A DNA stretch of 64,000 nt from an uncultured Alphaproteobacteria bacterium (lineage in GTDB: Bacteria > Pseudomonadota > Alphaproteobacteria > Rhizobiales > Rhodomicrobiaceae): assembly GCA_963748525.1 (NCBI GenBank), contig CAVVJJ010000005.1, positions 8,026-72,025 of the forward strand, written 5' to 3'. Numbering within the stretch: position 1 is the first letter of the stretch; each line of letters opens with the position of its first letter. Shown here one piece after another: positions 1 to 9,222 of this stretch. A model generated the notes under the pieces. It did no database searches. It had not been told where the DNA came from and worked only from the letters and a program-made list of their open reading frames with translations. The position numbers were made by a program, and so were the translations under genes.

Positions 1-527
1 GTTGATGGCGTTGACCTGGTAGTAGCGCGGGGCCTTGCCGCTGCCGTCGTCGAAGTAGTCCTGGAGGACGATCTGTTCGGCGTCCGGCGTCAGGCCCTTC
101 CAGGCGCGGTACCGCGCCCAGAGTTCGTGCGGGCGACGGGAACTCGTCGAGCGCGAGATTCGCTTCGATCTGCGGCGCTCGTGCCGGTGCGGTCGTGGAA
201 GACGAAGCCGTCGCCGTTGGAGGAGAACACGAACGGGATGTCGAGCGTCTCGGCATAGTCCAGGGCCTGCTGCATGCCGTCGCCGACGCTGTGATTGTTG
301 TCCTTGGCCTCGATCACCGCGATCGGGATATTCGGCTTGTAGTAGAGGACGTAGTCGGCCCGCTTGGCCTTGCCGCGCGTGACCAGCTTGCCGCGGACGA
401 TGATCCGGCCCTTGGTGAAGTAGACCTCCTCGCGCATCTGCGACATCTCGTCCCAGCCCGCCCGCTTGACGGCGGGCAGGATGAACTTGGTGCAGATGTC
501 GCGTTCGCTGAGGCTTCGTTTATCCAT
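1..527 (-). pseudogene. hsdR: Type I restriction enzyme R subunit (HsdR), N-terminal part. It runs off the left edge and its reading frame is broken twice.
   Basis: ORF 90..548 reads [25 protein letters not shown]...[47 protein letters not shown]. Hand translation of 1..180 finds the expected continuation in the two other minus frames: [14 protein letters not shown], then [43 protein letters not shown]. Confidence 0.8.
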
Positions 528-597
528 TGCGCAAGGCGAATCCTTCAACTGTTAAGACAAAAAGCAGTATTGGCACGGTTCCCCCCAGATTGCACCG

Positions 598-637
598 GGT
601 GCGAACCCGCGAACCCAGGTGCGAACCGGGTTCGCAC
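598..637. repeat. Three copies of a GTGCGAACC-like motif, including the perfect 19-bp palindrome GTGCGAACCGGGTTCGCAC at 619..637
   Basis: Read directly: ggtgcgaacccgcgaacccaggtgcgaaccgggttcgcac. It lies in the gap between the hsdR start and the last gene of the integrated element. Confidence 0.6.
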
Positions 638-735
638 GTCTGCCGCTGGCGAAAGCCCGCGCTGCCGCCGCCCGCATACGCCAAGCGCCGGGAAGAACCT
701 AACCGGGCGGGCCTCATGTCGGAAGCCGTGACGCA

Positions 736-993
736 TCACTCCTTACCGTCCAGTTCGTCGATGAAGCCCTTCATCTCGCGCAACAGGTCCGCGAAGTGGC
801 GGCGTTCCGCGATGTGTTCGGCGGTGTATCGGCCATGCTTGAAGGCGTGGCTATTGCCCTTCGGCGCGCCCTTGGCCTTGCCGCCGTGCATCCGGCAGCG
901 CCCGTTCGCCATCGCGGGCGATTGGCAGGACGTCCCGTTGCGGGTCCGGGCATGGCATCGTGGGCTCAGGTGCATGGGCAATTTGCTTTGCAT
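736..993 (-). CDS. Small Cys-rich HGG-motif (HGGxSTG-like) zinc-ribbon protein of mobile elements. The start is uncertain (993 or 975).
   Basis: The C-terminal part of ORF 736..1158 reads PRCHARTRNGTSCQSPAMANGRCRMHGGKAKGAPKGNSHAFKHGRYTAE. It overlaps the 3' end of the upstream gene. Confidence 0.5.
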   Translation of the reverse strand: MQSKLPMHLSPRCHARTRNGTSCQSPAMANGRCRMHGGKAKGAPKGNSHAFKHGRYTAEHIAERRHFADLLREMKGFIDELDGKE

Positions 994-1526
994 GGGGTTG
1001 TTCCTTGAATGTGCTGGCGTCCCCACCCCCCGGCTGGCCGGGTGCGGCGACCATGCCGACCACCGCTTGCCCGCCCGCATGGACGTGGACGTGCTCGACG
1101 GTAACTTTCTGCTGGCCCTTGCCGCGATGGCGGTTGAGGGCTTCGACCAGCGCCGCATAGGTGCGGGAAAGCTTGTTGGCTTGGGTGAGGTTCTCGCGCC
1201 GCCCCTCGAAGGATTGTTCGCCGATCATGGCGCGCCGGTAGCATTCCATCGCGGCGTTGTGGGCGGCGACCAGTTGTGCGGCCATCATGCCTTCGAGTTC
1301 GTCCTTGGGCGCGATGCCGATCAGCGCCGCAACGGTCGCGCTTAGTTGCTTGTCGCGTTCCTCGGCGCTTGAGTTCTTCATCCACAAGGCTTGCACCGCC
1401 TGATTGGCGAGCGTGTTGTTCCAGTGATCCGATTGCGATCCGCCGATGTTTTTCAGCCGCCCTTCGGTCGTCGGGATCGTCGGCGACCACGGTTGTCGGC
1501 GTTGTGGCGGGATTTCTTGCGGTCAT
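851..1526 (-). pseudogene. Conserved mobile-element protein of unknown function, split by a 1-nt frame change at a T5/A5 run (1449..1453)
   Basis: The ATG at 1526 gives MTARNPATTPTTVVADDPDDRRAAE. The other frame continues NIGGSQSDHWNNTLANQAVQALWMKNSSAEERDKQLSATVAALIGIAPKDELEGMMAAQLVAAHNAAMECYRRAM...GKGQQKVTVEHVHVHAGGQA. Confidence 0.55.
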
Positions 1527-2029
1527 GGCAATGTTCTCGTTTCGCTAATCTCGAAGGTTGAAAGGGCGGCGATAGCTTCAGCTTTCCGGCTTGCGTGCCA
1601 GGCGGGCCAACATCGCGAATGCAACCAGGCATTGCCGGTCGTTTCCGTGCCGAAGGGAAGCAGCGGATCATGGCCGTGTTCGGCTTCGCCGCAACCAAGG
1701 CAGCGACCGGGCGGCGAGCGCACCGGGTTGCGGTTGAGCCATTCGGCGACGCAACAGGCAAAGGCGCGGGCCACGGCTTGATCGCGTGGCAAGCCTCCGT
1801 CGAACTCGGCAATGCCCGCCCGTTCATCGAAGAAGGCCCGCCAGTCCTCGCCCGACCAGCCGTCGCCGCCAGGGCGCAGCAACGCGATCACCCGCGCCTT
1901 GTGATGCGCCAGAAGGTCCAGCACGGCGGACGGTGGCGCGGCGTCGGCATCAAGCGTGAGGGCATCGCCGTCGATCCCGATCCGAACGCCAGCCGCCCGT
2001 GCGAGCTTCAGGGCATGAACGGCGCTCAT
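1523..2029 (-). CDS. Hypothetical protein of the element with a Cys/His-rich C-terminus
   Basis: 168-aa ORF whose stop and start overlap its neighbours. It contains CLGCGEAEHGHD...LHSRCWPAW. Confidence 0.6.
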   Translation of the reverse strand: MSAVHALKLARAAGVRIGIDGDALTLDADAAPPSAVLDLLAHHKARVIALLRPGGDGWSGEDWRAFFDERAGIAEFDGGLPRDQAVARAFACCVAEWLNRNPVRSPPGRCLGCGEAEHGHDPLLPFGTETTGNAWLHSRCWPAWHASRKAEAIAALSTFEISETRTLP

Positions 2030-3981
2030 AGCCGCGCCCTCCAGCCTGCGTTTTCCGGCGCGGAATGGAGCGGGTGAATGTCGTCCGCACCGTCCGCATC
2101 GGTCTCAATCATGTTTTTCAACGGGTTGGCGCGGACGGTTGCGGCGGTTTCGCCCGGTGAACCGTCCGCTGGATCGCCGACCGTCCGCAGTTTTCGGCTT
2201 TCAAAGCCGTTGCCAATATTGGGTTTCACCGGATCGGCGGACGTCGCGGACGATGCGGACGGTCTAGCCCCTCGGGTTTCTGGCGCAACAGGTTGCCCGG
2301 TCGTGGTGATGCGGATCATCCGTGTCCGTGCCCGCCCTTCACGCTCGAAGCCGATCTCGATGCCGATCTTGCGCAGGAAGGTCGCCGCCCGGCGCAGGCG
2401 GCCCGCCAGCGCCCGAGGGCTATCGGGCCAGGTCTTCGACTTGGCGACACGCTCGCCCGCCATTTCGGCAAGGGCACCCAGAAGGTCCGAGGCGGTCCCC
2501 GTCCACTCCGTCCGCGCCTGCATCAAGGCCCGATAGTGGCGGCGATCGGATCGGCGTCGATCACGCCATCCACCGCCTCGTCACGGTTGCCGCAATAGGC
2601 CGACCAGAACGTGCCCGAGGGCCAAAACGCCGTTTCGCAGGCGGTCGCCCACAGGGCGAAGTCTGCCATGCGCGGCAGCTTGTCGAGCTTGGTGCCGGCA
2701 GATTCGGCAAGCCCTTCGCCACCGCATCGAGCAGCGCGCCCAGGAGGCGCGGGCGTTCGGCCTCAAACGCTGCCCATAATTCCTGCCTCGGGGCGACGGC
2801 GTTCTTCCGGGATTGGTTCCAGCGTCAGGAACAAGGCGCGATCGGCCAGATCGGGCCGGGTGACGATATCCTCGATGCCGTTCAGGATCATCGGGCGCTG
2901 CGGCGTCGAACAGCACTTCATCCTGATCGGAGTAAAGCTGGCGAACGGCGAAGCCGCCGCCCGTGGCGAGGCGGCAAAGCGTGTCCGAAATCCAGGCGGG
3001 AAGGCCCGACACATTGTCGAAGGCGAGCACATGGCCGTTGCTTGCGGCGATGAACAGGTCGCGATCCTCGCGCGGCAAGGCCCGCAAGGGCGCGGTGTTG
3101 GGATCGAGCAGCGCCCGCAGGATCGCCGAGAAGGTCGATTTCGCCGAACCCTGCTCGCCCGACAAGACGATCACCGGATAGGGACCGCGATTGCGCAGAC
3201 AAGCCAAAGCCCAGGCGACCACCAGCACGAAATCGGCGTTGGTTTGCACATTGAGGAACGGGCGCAAGGCTTCGATCGAGCCGCCGCCTACCGGTATCGG
3301 CATCGCCTTCATGCCGGAAGCGCGCCGGAAACGAACGGGCGGATTGTCAACGATGCGCCAGCCGGTGGCGTCGATCTCGATCGCGCGCCATGCCTCGTCA
3401 CCGAGGTCGAGATAGAGCCGCCCGTCGAGCCCGCCGACGCGGATATGCACCTGCCGTTCGGGCGCATCGAAGTGCGCCTTGGCCTCGATGACGTTCAGCG
3501 CCGATTGCAGCGCTTCCGAACTCGGCGCGCCACCCGTCTCCTCAAAGAAGCGCCGCGCCAGCCAGCGACGGAAGCCCTTGGCGCGGATCGGCCAGGTTTC
3601 GCGATGGCCGTTGATGTCTAGGTCGGCATAGCCGCTGCCGTCTGGTGTATGGAACAAGGCGACGGATTGGGCGAGGTCGATCAGGATGTCGGCTTGCGTC
3701 GGCCCGCGCCCGCCTTGATCGCCGTTCTCCTCGGCGATGGCGTCATCGAGCGCCGTCACGCGGGCTCCGGCTTTCTTGAGTTGCGAACGCAGCGCCTCGA
3801 AGGCGGCGCGGTTGTCCTGCTTCAGCGCCGCAAGCGCTCCCAGGGCTTCCGGCATGAACGGCGCGCCGGGATCGGTAGCAGTCTGCTCGACGAGCCCGGC
3901 CAGCGGATCGGGAATAGCCTCGGCAGCCTCGATGGCATCGAGGATCAGGCTTTCCGGTTCAAGAATGTTGTCGGCGCTCAT
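2026..3981 (-). pseudogene. Primase-associated P-loop ATPase (SF3-helicase-like), interrupted by at least four frameshifts
   Basis: The protein starts MSADNILEPESL and carries Walker A VLSGEQGSAKST. The continuation pieces QRPMILNGIEDIVTRPDLADRALFLTLEPIPEERRRPEA, ELWAAFEAERPRLLGALLDAVAKGL, AESAGTKLDKLPRMADFALWATACETAFWPSGTFWSAYCGNRDEAVDGVIDADPIAA and LMQARTEWTGTASDLLGALAEMAG lie in different minus frames. Confidence 0.75.
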
Positions 3982-4874
3982 TGCTCGCCCTCCGTGAATG
4001 CGGGGTTGCGGGCCTTGAGCAGATCGTTGAAATCCATGCCGCTTGGCGCGCGGGCGATCCGAACGTTTCGCCCTTCGCGTTGCCATCGCCGGGCGCAGTG
4101 CTGCGCCGCCGCTTCGCCGGGTTCGTCGCCATCGGCGAGCACGATCACCTCGACGATGGCGCGCGGCAGATCGAGCGAGCGAAGGCCCGAGGTTGAAAGC
4201 GCCGCCCATGCCGGTTTGCCGGTCGCCTGCATCGCGGCAAGGCAGGTCTCGATCCCTTCGCCGACCATCAGCACGTCGCCGGTTTCGCCCAGGCGAACCA
4301 CGCCGCCACGACAAGGCCCAAGCATCATCTTCGTCGGATCGACAGGCGCTTTTCCGTGACCGTCGCGGGCAAGGAAAGTACGATGAATGGCGATCGGCGA
4401 ACCGGTTTCGCCGTGCAGCACCAGCGACACCATGGCAGGCCAGACGCCGCCTGAAGCGTGCTTCAGGCCGGGATGGAAACGCAAACTTGGCAGCAGCGAG
4501 GGCGCGATCCCGCGCGATCGGAGATAGGTTTCGCCGAGCGAGCCCGCGATGTCTTGCGAGGCCCGCCAGATCGCAAGCGCCGCCTCGGTGCGCGCCTTGG
4601 CATCAGGATCGGGTTCGCGCTCAAGGTTCTTCCGGTGCTTTCGGACAATGCTGCCAGGGCGTTTGCCGGTCGCGTCCCACAAGCCGCGCTCTGAAAGGGC
4701 GGCGATCACGTCACGCTGGTCGCAACCGGCGTGGCAGCGCACCAGCACTTTGCCGTTCGGTCCCGCGCTGATCGCAAGGCTCGGGCTTAAATCGTCATGG
4801 GCCGGGCATCGCGCCATCCATGTTGCGCCCGCCCGGTGCCCGCCAAGGGCTTTGGCGATGGTTTCAGCGGTCAT
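3978..4874 (-). CDS. Toprim-domain primase-like protein with an N-terminal zinc-binding motif
   Basis: Reads MTAETIAKALGG...ARCPAHDDLSPSLAIS...VRCHAGCDQRDVIAALSERGLW, then the Toprim segment VLMVGEGIETCLAAMQ...VIVLADGDEPGEAAAQ. An ATGA overlap links it to the next gene. Confidence 0.8.
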   Translation of the reverse strand: MTAETIAKALGGHRAGATWMARCPAHDDLSPSLAISAGPNGKVLVRCHAGCDQRDVIAALSERGLWDATGKRPGSIVRKHRKNLEREPDPDAKARTEAALAIWRASQDIAGSLGETYLRSRGIAPSLLPSLRFHPGLKHASGGVWPAMVSLVLHGETGSPIAIHRTFLARDGHGKAPVDPTKMMLGPCRGGVVRLGETGDVLMVGEGIETCLAAMQATGKPAWAALSTSGLRSLDLPRAIVEVIVLADGDEPGEAAAQHCARRWQREGRNVRIARAPSGMDFNDLLKARNPAFTEGEQ

Positions 4875-5118
4875 GGCGCACCTCGCCATCGTTCGGTTCG
4901 ATCGGCGCGGCGCAATCAATCGCGGCGGCGAACAATTCGGCGCGGCGCCATTCGGCGAGGACGCCGAAGAAGCCGGTAACGGAATGAAGGATTTGCCGCG
5001 CGTCCTCATCGTTGAGGTCGCGGCCCATGCGCGGTTGCCAGATTTCGCGGGTGCGAGCGATCTGCCGACCCATTTCGTTGTCGTTTGCAGCGTCGAGACG
5101 TTTCATCGAAGACCTCAC
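4864..5118 (-). CDS. Hypothetical small protein of the element
   Basis: 84-aa ORF, co-oriented, overlapping the primase start by 11 nt. Confidence 0.5.
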   Translation of the reverse strand: MRSSMKRLDAANDNEMGRQIARTREIWQPRMGRDLNDEDARQILHSVTGFFGVLAEWRRAELFAAAIDCAAPIEPNDGEVRHDR

Positions 5119-5238
5119 GGGCGGTTCAGCCGCTCCGTGCTCCTGGCCTCCGGTCTCGGATTCCCACCGATGACGTTGTGCCCAAAGGGATTTGCATCTT
5201 CTGGCGTCCCCGTCTCAGGGATCGCCGCTTGGTGTCGT

Positions 5239-5460
5239 CTAGCGCGGCACCTCATGTTCGGGGATCGTGAACTTGTGGCTTTTGCCAGCGCGGATCACGA
5301 GTTGCCGCTTGCCGCCGTTTGCGACCTCGCAGGCGATCGAGTAGTCGAAGAAGCCGTGCTTCAGGCCATCGACGACAAGCCCTTCGAGCCGGTCGAGGGC
5401 TTCGCGGACCTGCCCGCTCTTGGCGCGCTGGAACGGGGCCATGTCTTGCGGTTCAGCCAT
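5239..5460 (-). CDS. Hypothetical small protein of the element
   Basis: 73-aa ORF, co-oriented, overlapping the upstream ORF by 8 nt. Confidence 0.5.
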   Translation of the reverse strand: MAEPQDMAPFQRAKSGQVREALDRLEGLVVDGLKHGFFDYSIACEVANGGKRQLVIRAGKSHKFTIPEHEVPR

Positions 5461-5722
5461 TGTGGAGCAATCCTTTCATGTCCTTGATGGCGGCGGCGAA
5501 AGCCAAAGGGCGAACGCTGGTCGCGTCGCCGTAAAAGGCCATCACGTCATCACGACGCGAGGCGCGATCCCGAAACACGAAGACCTTGCGCGCGCCCTCG
5601 GCACGAAGGCCCTGAAGTTCGTAGCCCGAGCAGCGCAGGAAGCAGGCGAGATAGAAGTCGCGCGTCTCGAACGCGGCGGGTTGCCGCTCCTGTGTCGTGG
5701 CTTGTCTTCGTTCAGTTGACAC
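5453..5722 (-). CDS. Hypothetical small protein (resembles the type often annotated DUF5659; from memory, unverified)
   Basis: 89-aa ORF containing FETRDFYLACFLRCSGYELQGLRAEGARKVFVFRD. Confidence 0.5.
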   Translation of the reverse strand: MSTERRQATTQERQPAAFETRDFYLACFLRCSGYELQGLRAEGARKVFVFRDRASRRDDVMAFYGDATSVRPLAFAAAIKDMKGLLHNG

Positions 5723-5747
5723 TTGACGATCTCCTCAAAAAAGGGGT

Positions 5748-6521
5748 TCACGCGCCATCGGTGAGAAGGCGCTGCAACGGCACCGTGCGGTGCAAAAGCC
5801 CAAGCCTTTCGAGGCGAATGCGCATCGCGATCGGCGAGACGAGAAACTTTTCGGCGAACGGCTTGGCAAAACTGTCCAAAGCCTGATCGTCGGTTTCCGT
5901 GAACTCGGCACCGGGAATGCGGCATTCGAAGCGGGCGATTTCGACGAAGGGATGCTCGATCGGCGTCGCGGGTTGAAGCACCCGCCGCTTGCGGTCGGGG
6001 AAAGCCTTATCCCAGGCGGCGAACACCAGTTTGCGCGGCATCAGCACGCAGGAGGCATACAGATCGGCTTGAAACTCGATCCGCTCCTTCGCCTGGCTAG
6101 TTCGGCAAACGACGCTCGGCGCGGCATTCGGTTCGAGAAGCGATGTCTGCGCCGGGTCTTTGCCGAACAATCCGCGATGAAGCCGCCAATGGCCGATTTC
6201 ATGCGCCGTCGTGTAACGATAGCGCCCTTCCTTGGCTGGATTGACGTCGGGATCGAGGCTTTCGTCGATCACGATCCGCTTCTGGTCGAAGAAGATCGCG
6301 CCGAGGATATCGGGATCGAAGCCGATGCCGGAACGCGGCACGCCGAAAAGCCGGTGCGTGTCGTCGAACTCGATGCCGATCTTGAGGTGCTTTTCGATGA
6401 TGTCGTCGATCGGGATCGGCGCTTCGATCGGCATCCCGCGTTCCCGCGCGTAGTCGGCAAGGAGCGCTTGCGCGTCCTTCTCGATCGCCTCATCGGACAT
6501 ATAGGCAACTTTCAATCCCAT
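5748..6521 (-). CDS. ImmA/IrrE-family zinc metallopeptidase
   Basis: HEXXH motif TTAHEIGHWRLH. It sits directly downstream of an XRE repressor gene, which is the ImmR/ImmA arrangement. Confidence 0.8.
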   Translation of the reverse strand: MGLKVAYMSDEAIEKDAQALLADYARERGMPIEAPIPIDDIIEKHLKIGIEFDDTHRLFGVPRSGIGFDPDILGAIFFDQKRIVIDESLDPDVNPAKEGRYRYTTAHEIGHWRLHRGLFGKDPAQTSLLEPNAAPSVVCRTSQAKERIEFQADLYASCVLMPRKLVFAAWDKAFPDRKRRVLQPATPIEHPFVEIARFECRIPGAEFTETDDQALDSFAKPFAEKFLVSPIAMRIRLERLGLLHRTVPLQRLLTDGA

Positions 6522-6573
6522 CGCGTTTTCATCCTCATCTGCATCGTTTCAAACTTCACCGCCGTTCAGGCGT

Positions 6574-6921
6574 TCACTTGTCCTTCGACTTCTGCGCCTC
6601 GCGGGCCAGCCGCGTGAGTTCATCCGCCGTCAGGCCCTTGGTTGTCCGCAGTAGCGCCGCGACCTCGACCGGATTGCGCTTGATGATGTCCGAAAGATCA
6701 GTGGCGACCTTGCCCGCCCGTGCCAGAAGCTCATCGACGTCGCAGCCGATCACCCCGGCAATCAACCGAACCTTGTCCTCGGCGGGCGGCGGAAACTCGT
6801 CGCGCTCGACCTTGGAAACATAGGTCGGGCTCACGCCGATCATTTTCGCCATTTCGCGCAAGCCGATCTCCTTTTCTTCACGCCGCGCCCGGATGAACGC
6901 GCCAAACTTCTCCCCTGACAT
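6574..6921 (-). CDS. XRE-family helix-turn-helix regulator (ImmR-like)
   Basis: Reads MSGEKFGAFIRARREEKEIGLREMAKMIGVSPTYVSKVERDE. ATG at 6921. Confidence 0.8.
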   Translation of the reverse strand: MSGEKFGAFIRARREEKEIGLREMAKMIGVSPTYVSKVERDEFPPPAEDKVRLIAGVIGCDVDELLARAGKVATDLSDIIKRNPVEVAALLRTTKGLTADELTRLAREAQKSKDK

Positions 6922-7548
6922 GCTGGTTTCTCCCGTTACCTGTTTATGAGGCACTCTACACTCAATTCGCTCGTCGCCGTCAACTGATATCTAAACACTC
7001 TTAAGCGAGGCGGTTATGCCGCAAGGCCAAACTCGCGAACATCTTCCAGAATGCGCCGGAAATCAGCGCTTGGCGCGAGGCACATGGTTCGATATCGAGT
7101 GACGAAGGGGAGCCACTCCGCCCTGGAGGCAGTTTTTCCGGGCGACCTGTCACCGCCCCTCACCTCATGTTTTTCAGCGGGCGTCACAGGCTATGCCACG
7201 CGGTCGCTTGCCGTCCCGCCCCTCTGACGGTATTGGCGACGGTATTAGAGGGACGTTTCATGTTGCTGAGGCGTACGCCTGCTCGAACCCCGCGAACGGC
7301 CTATAAGTGACCGGCGGCAGAGGTCTATATCTCTATGCGGCGCCGCAAGGATGGCGCCTTTGGCGCTTCAATTGCCGCCGCAGGGGCGCGTCGTGGAATA
7401 GGTCCGACGGCGACCAGCCGTCTCTCGACTTCACATTCAGCAGTGCAATCCCCTGACCGAAGTCCTTGCAATGCCGTTGCGTTTCTTTTGCATCGCGAAA
7501 AGTAGCCGGAACGGGTCATCTGTGAGCCTCCCGCCTCTTATGCGTTTC

Positions 7549-7583
7549 TTTCCGCTTTCGGGTACGAGGTCGTGTGAGAAGTC
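7549..7583. repeat. Left terminal inverted repeat of the IS
   Basis: The reverse complement matches 9223..9257, apart from a 6-nt mismatched block. Confidence 0.75.
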
Positions 7584-7654
7584 GTCAGTTTCTGGCTGGA
7601 CGGGACCACAAGTGGTTACGCCAGTCTGAGCGGGTCATTTTGGGCCGATATGGG

Positions 7655-9163
7655 CTATGAGAAGCAGATGAGAGCCTTCGGCGCGGTGTTACAGGCCCCG
7701 GCGAGCAGCGATTTTGCCTTTTCCTGGCTCCATACTCGCATCACTTGAAGCAACTTTGACACGCCGAGGATATTCATGGCGCGCTTCATGTTGTAGGACA
7801 GGACGTGGAGAGACATCTCTGTCCTGACATTGCCCAGCCTTTTCATCAGGAAGTGCGCCGAACCCATCCAGAACTTAAGGGTTCCGAACGGATGTTCCGC
7901 GGTGCTGCGCCGTTCGGTCATCGCGTCCGGCCGCCGGTCCAGCCGGTCTTGGGCGGCCTCCAGAACGGCTTCATGCTCCCAGCGCTTGATGCGGCGCTCC
8001 CTGCCTGTGGTGCATTTTCCTTTCAGCGGACAGGTTAAGCAGGCCGTCGCCCAGTAGCTCCGCAAGACTTTGCCGTCTTCTTCGTTGGTGTAACGATAGG
8101 TCAAGCGCTGGCCGGCGGGGCAAAGATAGACATCCTCGTCCGCTTTGTAGACGAAGTCCTGCTTGCCGAAACGCCCCTCGGCCTTAGACCCCGAGGTTGA
8201 AAATCTGGGCACATACGCCGTCGCGCCGGCTTGCCCGCAGGCAAGAATTTCCTTGCCGTCGTAGTAACCGCGATCGGCGAGGGCCTCGATGGCTTCGGCG
8301 CCAAGGGCCTCCTTGGCCTGCCCGGCCATGCTGGAGAGTTGGTGACGGTCATTGACAGCGTTGGTGACTTCGTGAGCGACGATGAGGTGATGCTCCGTCT
8401 CGACGGCGCATTGCACGTTGTAGCCGACGGTCCCCGTCGCCTTGCCTGTCCCTTGCATCGAGCGCGCGTCGGGATCGGTGAGCGAAATCTGTGTGTCCTT
8501 GGCGCTCGCAAGCTGCGCCTCGATCCCTTTCACGCGCTCGATTTCCTGCTTCAGCCTGTCGATTTTGCCCTTGAGCCGCGCGCGCTTGATTTCGGGCGTC
8601 GAGGGCTGGCGGTCGGCGGTTTCAAGCTCAGACAAATAGCGCTCGATGCTCGCCTCGATCTGCTCCAGCCGCTTGGCCGCCTTGGCTTGCGTGAAATTCC
8701 GGTCGCGCGAGTTGACTGCCTTGAACTTGCTTCCGTCGATGGCGACCGTTGTGGCCGTGAGCAGGCCTGCCCGCCCGCAGACCACGATGAACTCGCGACA
8801 GACTTTGCGGATGGCCGGGCCATTATCCTTGCGGAAATCGGCGATGGTCTTGAAGTCCGGCGCCAGGCAGCCCGTCAGCCACATCGCCTCGACGTTGCGC
8901 TGGCATTCCCGCTCAAGCCGGCGGCTGGACTGAACGCGGTTGAGGTATCCGTAGACGTAGAGCTTCAGCATCACCGCCGGATCGTAAGCGGGCCTTCCCA
9001 TCAGCTTCGGATGAACGCGCCAGAAGCCCAGCTGGCCGAGATCAAGCTGATCCACGAAGAAATCGACCACCCGAACAGGATTATCCTCGGCGACATAGTC
9101 TTCCAGCTGCGCCGGAAACATCGTTCCCTGAGTGCGATCCGCCCCGCTCACAAAGCTCGTCAT
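7655..9163 (-). CDS. IS1182-family DDE transposase
   Basis: Reads MTSFVSGADRTQGTMFPAQLEDYVAEDNPVRVVDFFVDQLDLGQLGF...; the Cys-rich CPAGQRL...CLTCPLKGKCT segment is typical of the family. Confidence 0.85.
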   Translation of the reverse strand: MTSFVSGADRTQGTMFPAQLEDYVAEDNPVRVVDFFVDQLDLGQLGFWRVHPKLMGRPAYDPAVMLKLYVYGYLNRVQSSRRLERECQRNVEAMWLTGCLAPDFKTIADFRKDNGPAIRKVCREFIVVCGRAGLLTATTVAIDGSKFKAVNSRDRNFTQAKAAKRLEQIEASIERYLSELETADRQPSTPEIKRARLKGKIDRLKQEIERVKGIEAQLASAKDTQISLTDPDARSMQGTGKATGTVGYNVQCAVETEHHLIVAHEVTNAVNDRHQLSSMAGQAKEALGAEAIEALADRGYYDGKEILACGQAGATAYVPRFSTSGSKAEGRFGKQDFVYKADEDVYLCPAGQRLTYRYTNEEDGKVLRSYWATACLTCPLKGKCTTGRERRIKRWEHEAVLEAAQDRLDRRPDAMTERRSTAEHPFGTLKFWMGSAHFLMKRLGNVRTEMSLHVLSYNMKRAMNILGVSKLLQVMRVWSQEKAKSLLAGACNTAPKALICFS

Positions 9164-9222
9164 CAGTTCTCCTCGCCACTTTGGCGAGGAGAAGTTTAGG
9201 CGCAATCGCTATTCTGAAGCTG

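Larger units (their letters stand above)
736..6954 (-). mobile_element. Remnant of an integrated phage/ICE-like element: a co-directional gene train from an XRE/ImmA switch to a Zn-ribbon protein. No integrase is seen.
   Basis: Ten co-oriented ORFs with overlapping or abutting stops and starts (ATGA overlaps at 3978-3981 and 2026-2029). The content is typical of alphaproteobacterial primase-carrying islands. Several genes are frameshifted. Confidence 0.55.

Noticed and set aside
3982-4314. N-terminal extensions in the ORF track: the 5' 111 codons of ORF 2581..4314, and similar extensions on ORFs 3978..5009, 27325..28560, 28535..29437, 39153..40025, 41172..41798, 57483..58778, 58492..60447, 20886..22058 and 55299..56573.
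   Set aside because: The extensions are Arg/Pro-rich and overlap the upstream gene. Internal ATG/GTG starts coincide with family-typical N-termini and often with SD sequences or ATGA coupling, so the shorter coordinates were used.
602-7297. Direct repeats cgaacccgcgaac (602..614) and cgaaccccgcgaac (7284..7297) as attL/attR of the integrated element, and a tRNA integration target.
   Set aside because: The match is short, GC-rich and contains an indel, so chance cannot be excluded. I found no tRNA-like sequence (no T-arm/acceptor pattern) at either end.
7325-7519. A 64-aa ORF and other short frames between the XRE gene and the IS, examined for integrase or recombinase fragments.
   Set aside because: No tyrosine- or serine-recombinase motif was recognised in any frame. 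The region is left unannotated.
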